DNA of 64,000 bases, from positions 736,001-800,000 of the forward strand of contig CAWCLO010000001.1 in the NCBI GenBank assembly GCA_963796455.1. The letters run 5' to 3'. Positions within the stretch are counted from its first letter, which is position 1, and every line of letters begins with the position of its first letter. The notes beneath the pieces were generated by a model, which did no database searches, was not told where the DNA came from, and saw only the letters and a list, made by a program, of their open reading frames with translations. A program made the position numbers and the translations under genes. The stretch comes from Candidatus Sulfomarinibacteraceae bacterium. Its GTDB lineage: Bacteria; Acidobacteriota; Thermoanaerobaculia; Thermoanaerobaculales; Sulfomarinibacteraceae. Shown here piece after piece: positions 57,559-64,000 of this stretch.

Positions 57559-60500
57559 ATGGCTGGTGCGCTGTCATTAAAAAATCTGCTACGTAAGGTC
57601 TTCCCGTTTCTCGAATGGTTTAGGGAACTGACACCAGCGACGATTCGCGCCGACTTCGTTGCCGGCCTCACCGTCGCCCTGGTTCTGGTGCCCCAATCCA
57701 TGGCCTATGCGCAGCTTGCCGGTCTGCCTGCGTATTACGGTCTACGCGGCCTGCCCTCCCACCGATGATCGCAAATCTGTTCGGGTCGAGTCGGCAGCTG
57801 GCGACCGGACCGGTCGCTGTCGTGTCACTGATGACAGCGGCTTCCTTGGAACCCCCGCCACCGCCGGCGGCGAGCAGTTCATCGCCTACGCGATTTTGCT
57901 CGCGCTCATGGTGGGAATCTTCCAGTTCTTCCTTGGTGTAGCCCGGCTCGGGCTTGTCGTGAACTTCCTGTCGCACCCCGTGGTCAACGGTTTCACCAAC
58001 GCCGCGGCATTGATTATCGCCACCTCGCAGCTCAACAAAATCTTCGGTGTGCAGGTCGAGAAGGCCGAGCACCATTACGAAACGATCATCCGGGTGGTGG
58101 AATCCGCGGTCCACTGGACCCATCTGCCGACCTTTGCAATGGCTGTTGTTGCATTTGCCGTCACGTTCGGCCTGCGGCGTCTCAACCCGCGGCTGCCGAA
58201 TGTGCTCATCGCCGTGGTCGTGACCAGCCTTCTTGCGTGGGTTTTTGGATTCGAGCGCAATCAGACGCTGTCAGCAGGCGCAGTCGACTCGCCGCGGCTT
58301 CCTCTCCTGATCGAAGAATTCAATTCGGCAGTCACCGAGCAGCGCCACATGGAACAACTGCGGTCGGATATGTGCCATATTTGACGCTGGAGTCTCGGCT
58401 GAAAGCGGCTCCTTTTGTCAGGGTTGCCATTCGAGCCGAGATGTCGAGGCCTTCGTCAATAGTGCGGTGCTCACCAACGACGACGGCGTGCTCACCCGCG
58501 TGCTCGCCCTTCATCAGATGGCCGGACTCCTCGATACCCATATCGCCGAGCTCAAGGAGCAGGTGTCCGAGAAGCGGACCGACCTGCTCGATCATCTTCG
58601 ACCGGGTCGTGGGCGAGGACACGCATGGCGGCCTTTTCGAGCGTGGGCGCGTTCCGGACAATGGTTTCCACCAGATGGTCGGCGTGGTGGCGGCTCAAGG
58701 TTGGTGGCCAGGCCCTGACCCTGAAAACCTCGTGTTCGTTGGCGGTGGTGCGGTGGTCGGAACCATTCCACGCGGACTGCCTTCGCCAAAGATGCCCCGC
58801 CTCGACATGACCGTCATTCCGAAGCTCTTCGCACCGGCCATCATCATTTCGCTCCTGGGATTCATGGAGGCGATTTCGATCGCCAAGGCCATGGCCGCCA
58901 AGACGCGTCAAAGGCTCGACCCCAACCAGGAACTCATCGGCCAGGGTCTCGGCCATGGTTGGCTGCGTGTTCCAGAGCTACGCCGTTTCAGGTCGTTTTC
59001 GCGGTCGGCCGTCAACCTTCAGGCGGGGGCCAGGACGGGTCTGTCCACGTTTTTAAGTCGGCGTCGTGATGATCGTCCTCCTGTTTGCGCCGCCGATGCT
59101 CGATGACCTTCCCCAGGCGGTGCTCGCGGCGATCATCATGATAAGGTGATCGGCCTGCTCAATGTGAGTGGATTTGTTCATGCCTGGCGGACCAGCCCTT
59201 TCGACGGCCTGGTATCGGTCATTACATTCGTCGGCACCCTCGCCTTCGCCCCCCACCTCGAATGGGGCATTTTCCATCTGGGTCGTGCTTTCGCTGGGAG
59301 GCTATCTCTTCCGATCGATGCGGCCACACGTCGTGCGCCTTGCACCGGCCGCAGACGGAACCGTGCGCGAGCCCGGCTCACCGGCATGATCGGGCTCTGT
59401 CGCTACATTGCCGTTGTCGGTTTCGACGGTCCCTCGAATTTCGCCAGCACCTCGTACCTCGAGGATGAGATTCTGCGACAGGTTGCGGAGCATCCCGACC
59501 TCCGCTATTTGCTCCTTTCCGGTAAGGGCATTAGTGAGATTGACGCCTCCGGTGAGGAAACGTTGCGCGACCTCGTGGATAGGCTGCGGGCAACGCAGAT
59601 CGAGATCGCCGTCACGCACCTTTCGGACAAGGTTCTCAAACGTTCCTGAAACGCTCCCGCCTCTTCGATCGGATCGGCGAGGAAAACATTTTCGCGACGG
59701 ACGTGCGGGCGATAGCAGCAATCTCACCGACGGCTCACCGCCCTTCCGACGAGGTTGAATGCCCGTTTCACGGTGTCGTCCCTCGCCTCGCCGAACTTTC
59801 GTTGCACCCCGATGGCTCGTCGATGATGCCGAGCGCTACCGCCTGGCGACCTGTCGCCACCTGGCCGTGTTAGTATCGAAAGCCCGATCAACCGGCGAGC
59901 GTGCGCTATGTCGAGGAGTGGGTGTTCGAAAGAGTCGCGAATCGCCCCGATCTTCGTCACGTTGTGTTCGTCGCCCACGGGATGACCTCAATCGATGAGG
60001 AAGGAACATCGCCTGAGGCTGCTCGCGAGCGAACTCAACAAGAGGGGCTTAGAGGTTTCATTTTCTTGCGGGATCCCGGATGATGTGGTCGACGTGTTTG
60101 TCCGCGCTGGCCATCCCGAAATGTTGGAGCCATCCCACCTTTACCCGACCGGGGTAGTTGCCATAGCATCGGTCTGGGCGCAGGCCCATGTCGCCTCTGA
60201 TGAGCGGACCTGTCCGCTGTATCCCCTGGCACCTCAGTTGACCGAACTCGGTGTTCACCCGAAGGGTGGGCTTCGTGATGCCATCCGCTCCGGTCTGCAC
60301 GTCTGCCCGACGATCGGCGTTCTGAGGCTGGACAGCGCTTCGGGCTTTGCCACCCACGGGGTCGACGATCGGCGGCGAGTTCCATCGCTGGCGGCAACGT
60401 CGTGAACGGGTCAAGACGGTGATTTTTGTTTGTACCGCTCTAACCCGTTTGGAATCCGCCCAGGCCGAAAACCTCCTCGAACTGGTGAACCATGCCCGTA

Positions 60501-61152
60501 ACGCCGGATTCAAGGTGGCACTGTGCCGGCTGCCGGACGCGGCAATCGAACGCTTGCCCGTACCGGCGTCGGTGACAAAGTGGGTCTCGACGACATCTAA
60601 ATCGGTGACCGGCGCCCTCGCTGAAGCGTGGAATGAGGCACATCCGACCTCCGGCGATGAGCACTGTCCGCTCGAAAAGCTCTTGCCGCACGTCACCGAG
60701 CTCTCTCTCCACGAAGACGGCTCGTATCTGAAATTCCGCCAGATACTCTCTGGCGCGATGCCGTCATATCTCGATGGTCCGGTTTGACGGCAGGCTCGAT
60801 TACTCCACGCTTTCACATTTTGGTCGCGGTATCGACAGCGTGGTTGACAACTCTCCCGAGCTTCGCTGCCTCATCATCGCCGGCCACACCCTGGAACGGA
60901 TCGATGAAGAAAGCGGCGGAGGCCCACTGGAGGTCTTCGACCGCCTGCGAAAACGGGGTCTGCGGGTGTGTGAGCGGGCTCCGCGACGAAGTGATCGATG
61001 TTCTCAGACAGACGGGTGTTCGCGAAACCATTGGTGAAAAGTGCATCTTCCCGACCCAGGCAAAGGCCATTGAGAGCGCCTACGAGGAAACACATCAAGA
61101 TTCGGATGAGAATCACTGCCCGTTGATTGAGGTGGTGCCGCTGACGACGTGA
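57559..61152 (+). CDS. SulP/SLC26 anion transporter with four tandem STAS-like modules; many frameshifts
   Basis: [51 protein letters not shown]; four repeats ending in CP(F/L). Confidence 0.82.
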
Positions 61153-61237
61153 CGGCACCGCTGAAACTCAGACCGGGAAACTCCAATGACAACCGAAACG
61201 GTCGCCTACGGGGATCGAAGAGGTGGAATCCTCGCCG

Positions 61238-61668
61238 CTACCAACCCTTTGTGTGCATGATGCCGTCGATGTTATCGAGGGCGATTTTTTCTTCGTGCGC
61301 CAGACGCGCCGCACGAGCAGATCGGATGCGCTCCACCAGAGTCTCGACATCGGTTGGTTTCTCGAAGATATCTACGGCTCCAAGCCGTGTCGCCTCGATA
61401 GCGGTTGCATGATCGCCCGTCCGGAAAGGATCATCACCTGCAGATCGGGGTGCGCCTCATGGAGTCTGCGGAGTGTCTCGATGCCGTCGAGACCAGGCAT
61501 GGCGAGATCCAGCAGTATGGCGTCAAAGCTTTGATCCTCGATCAATCTCAGAGCTTCCTGCCTGGACGAAGCGCAGGTGACCTCGAGACCCCGGATGCTC
61601 AACCGCTCGGCGAGCGCCTCGAGAAAGGTGGTCTCGTCATCAACCAGTAGAACGCGATCTTTTGCCAT
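61238..61668 (-). CDS. Single-domain response regulator, frameshifted
   Basis: VLLVDDE, LLDLAMPGLDG, ILSG, KP in the shifted frame; ends KGW. Confidence 0.85.
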
Positions 61669-61687
61669 TCAAGCCTCCATTTTGCGA

Positions 61688-62378
61688 TCATACACCCGTT
61701 GTGGCCGCCTTCATCGGTGCATCAAGGCTGAGAACTATCCGTGTCCGCCATCGGGATCCGGCATGATGTGCGGTGCCGTTGTCAGAGCCGCACAGCCGGT
61801 TTCGAGTGCTGCGGCCCTCGATTCCTCGCTCGTAAGATCGGGCAATGGGTCGGCGCTGCTCACGACCACCTTCTAGGGCACCGGCCTGCTCTCCACCCAT
61901 AGCTCGATCCGTCGTTCGGATGAGGCAGACCCGATCGCGAACATGACACAACAATGCAGGGCCACCAGGAGAGAAACGGGTCGCCATGGTGTTCGATGGG
62001 CGACGCCGGAGGACGAACCGTCAATTTGACTTCCGCCAGACGCGCTTCCCTTGCGGCCAGCAGACCAAAAAGCGCCAGGTTCTCTCCGAGATCAAACGTC
62101 GTATCGGAGTTGTCGACGCTGTGCGACAGACTGTGGAGACAGCGGTTGATCTCTTCACCGCGGATGACCTGCGATTTGATCCGGCCCGCGAGATCGGCGA
62201 CTCGAGCAAGGCCGGCCCCACCGCCGTCGGCGTTGGCTTTGAGGATGTCCTGCTGAAGGCCGGTGAGTTCATTGATGATGTTGAAGATGTTGTTGACCTC
62301 GTGTGACAGTCCCGCACCCATCGAGCCGAAAAACAGCAGGCCCTCTCTCGCCAGGCGTTGTTGTGGGTCATCGCTCAT
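61688..62378 (-). CDS. Histidine-kinase-like protein (H-box, degenerate ATPase part), frameshifted
   Basis: GLSHEVNN H-box; no clear G-boxes. Confidence 0.65.
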
Positions 62379-62760
62379 CGCCGTGTATCTTTTCTGGGCT
62401 GTTGACAGCTTGCCTGATCGTCTCCAACAGGTCCTCGAGGTCAATCGGTTTTTGGAGGTAGGCCACCGCCCCGAGACGACGGCCGATCTCTCTGTCCTCG
62501 GTCGAGCCGTGACCAGTCATCAGTACGACCTTGACCTCTGGATGGCGTTGGGTGACCGTTCTTAGGACTTCCAATCCGCCGATCCCAGGCATCTTGACGT
62601 CCATGATCACCACACCGAAAGAACCGTCCCGTAGCAGATCGAGAGCCTCGTTCCCCGACGTGACACCAACGGACTCGATACCGCGCAATTCAAGCCTCTC
62701 GACGACGGTAGTGACAAGCTCCTCTTCGTCGTCAACGAACAACAACCGCTGGTTCTCCAT
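62368..62760 (-). CDS. Single-domain response regulator
   Basis: LLFVDDE, MDVKMPG, MTGHG, QKP. Confidence 0.92.
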   Translation of the reverse strand: MENQRLLFVDDEEELVTTVVERLELRGIESVGVTSGNEALDLLRDGSFGVVIMDVKMPGIGGLEVLRTVTQRHPEVKVVLMTGHGSTEDREIGRRLGAVAYLQKPIDLEDLLETIRQAVNSPEKIHGDER

Positions 62761-62765
62761 ACTTC

Positions 62766-64000
62766 TCACCCCTCTTGAGACATCGGCAGAACGACCGTGA
62801 AACGGGTTCCCTTGCCGGGTTCACTTTGAACCCGGTCTCTCCACCGAGCTTCCGAACGATGCCATAGGTGATCGACAGCCCGAGACCGGTGCCGTCACCG
62901 GCCTTGGTAGTGAAAAACGGTTCAAAGATCCTCTCCATGTGTTCCTTCGGAATACCCACGCCATCGTCGGCAATCGCGACAAAAACCTGGGGAAGCTCCT
63001 TCCCTCGCGATCTCGATTCCGATGCTGCCCCCGTCCGAGACGGCTGCAAAGGCGTTGTTCAGAATATTGAGAAAGACCTGTTGCAGTTGTCCGCGATCAC
63101 TCGTGATGGTCGGAACATCGGGTTCGAGTTCAAAACTCACCTTGACGTCTCGATACTCGGCCTCCTTTTCGAGGAAGGTCAGAACTTCTTTGAGCAGGTT
63201 CTCGAGATCGATGGTCTCGGTCTGAACATCCATGTGGCGCGCAAATCCGAGCAATCGATGGGTGACCTTCTTGCAGCGTTGAACCGACCGCAGAATCGAA
63301 TCAACAGCCGCGATGAGCCGCTCTTTGTGTTCGATCTCGGGTCCAGCCGTGACCAGATCCCGAAGAAGACCTGCTTTTTCGTTGACGATTGCGAGCGGAT
63401 TGTTGATCTCGTGCGCAACGCCCGAGGCCAGCCGTCCGATAGAGGCCAGTTTGTTGCTGTACTCCATGTGGTGATACAGCGCCGCCCGTCTTTCATCAGA
63501 CTCTCGAATCCTCCGGATGAGGAGGCCGGAACCCCAAAGAATGACACCCAAAATCAAGGCCGCGCTGACGACCAGAAAGCCGACGAGTTCATTGCGAAGC
63601 GTGAACCACCGCCCCATCGCCTCGTGGGCAGGTTTGACGTGGACCAGGATGAAAGGTGAACTCGCGATGTATGCGGAGGACATGAAGATTCTTTCGCCGA
63701 GGATGTCGACGATCTCGACATCCTCAACGCTCGGGGAGAAGTGGGGCACCGGCATCGGAAACGGTTGCAGGATCTCTCCGTATCGCCGCGAAGGCGATTG
63801 CAGAATTCCGTCGCGATTGATGAGGAACACATCGTCGGATGGTTTCAAACCGGCTGTGAGAATCTGCTCGCTGAGCATGTCCGCATCGATGGTCGCGCGG
63901 AGAACGTAAAATGCACCGTCGACCTGATCGTGCTTGGTCGCGATGGCGAAGTGCGGCGAGTTGCGGAATCCGAGGAAAACATCGCTGGTGTAGGTGCCCA
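62766..64000 (-). CDS. Membrane sensor histidine kinase (5' end outside window), frameshifts near the C-terminus
   Basis: [39 protein letters not shown]. Confidence 0.92.

Noticed and set aside
31071..64000. Apparent mass pseudogenisation (dozens of frameshifts)
   Set aside because: They are mostly single-base losses, catalytic motifs are intact and density rises toward the window end. This pattern fits low-coverage long-read errors; reads are needed to confirm.

Overview
GC-rich bacterial window. The gene repertoire suggests an environmental Acidobacteriota or deltaproteobacteria-like anaerobe, which is inference only. The left 44 kb is mostly housekeeping and envelope genes: two L,D-transpeptidases, an arylsulfatase, a patatin-Omp85 protein, a metal ABC operon, FabH, an RdhA-like Fe-S protein, an amidase, MscS, an acyl-CoA ligase, a large S8 protease and a Ser/Thr kinase. 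Its intergenic spaces are rich in small repeat elements. These include a RAYT with its own REPs, a second REP family nested in a ~450-bp composite repeat, and two GxxExxY (PD-(D/E)XK-like) genes. Each GxxExxY gene is enclosed by its own 32-37-bp inverted repeats built from 9-10-bp units, and gene-less copies of the first repeat type also occur. From 44.4 kb, two 3' fragments of tRNA-Thr(CGT) mark tandem islands. The first (7.4 kb) holds an integrase-less integron cassette array and three toxin-antitoxin systems (HipBA, MazEF, and a HicAB pair missed by the ORF track). The second starts with an apparent transmembrane-sensor/HAMP/(p)ppGpp-synthetase fusion, followed by a ClC transporter, a SulP with four STAS-like modules and two-component genes. 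Single-base frameshifts become very frequent beyond ~31 kb and look like long-read consensus errors, so gene boundaries there are reconstructed. The best candidates for undescribed systems are the IR-bounded GxxExxY elements and the HAMP-Rel receptor synthetase.
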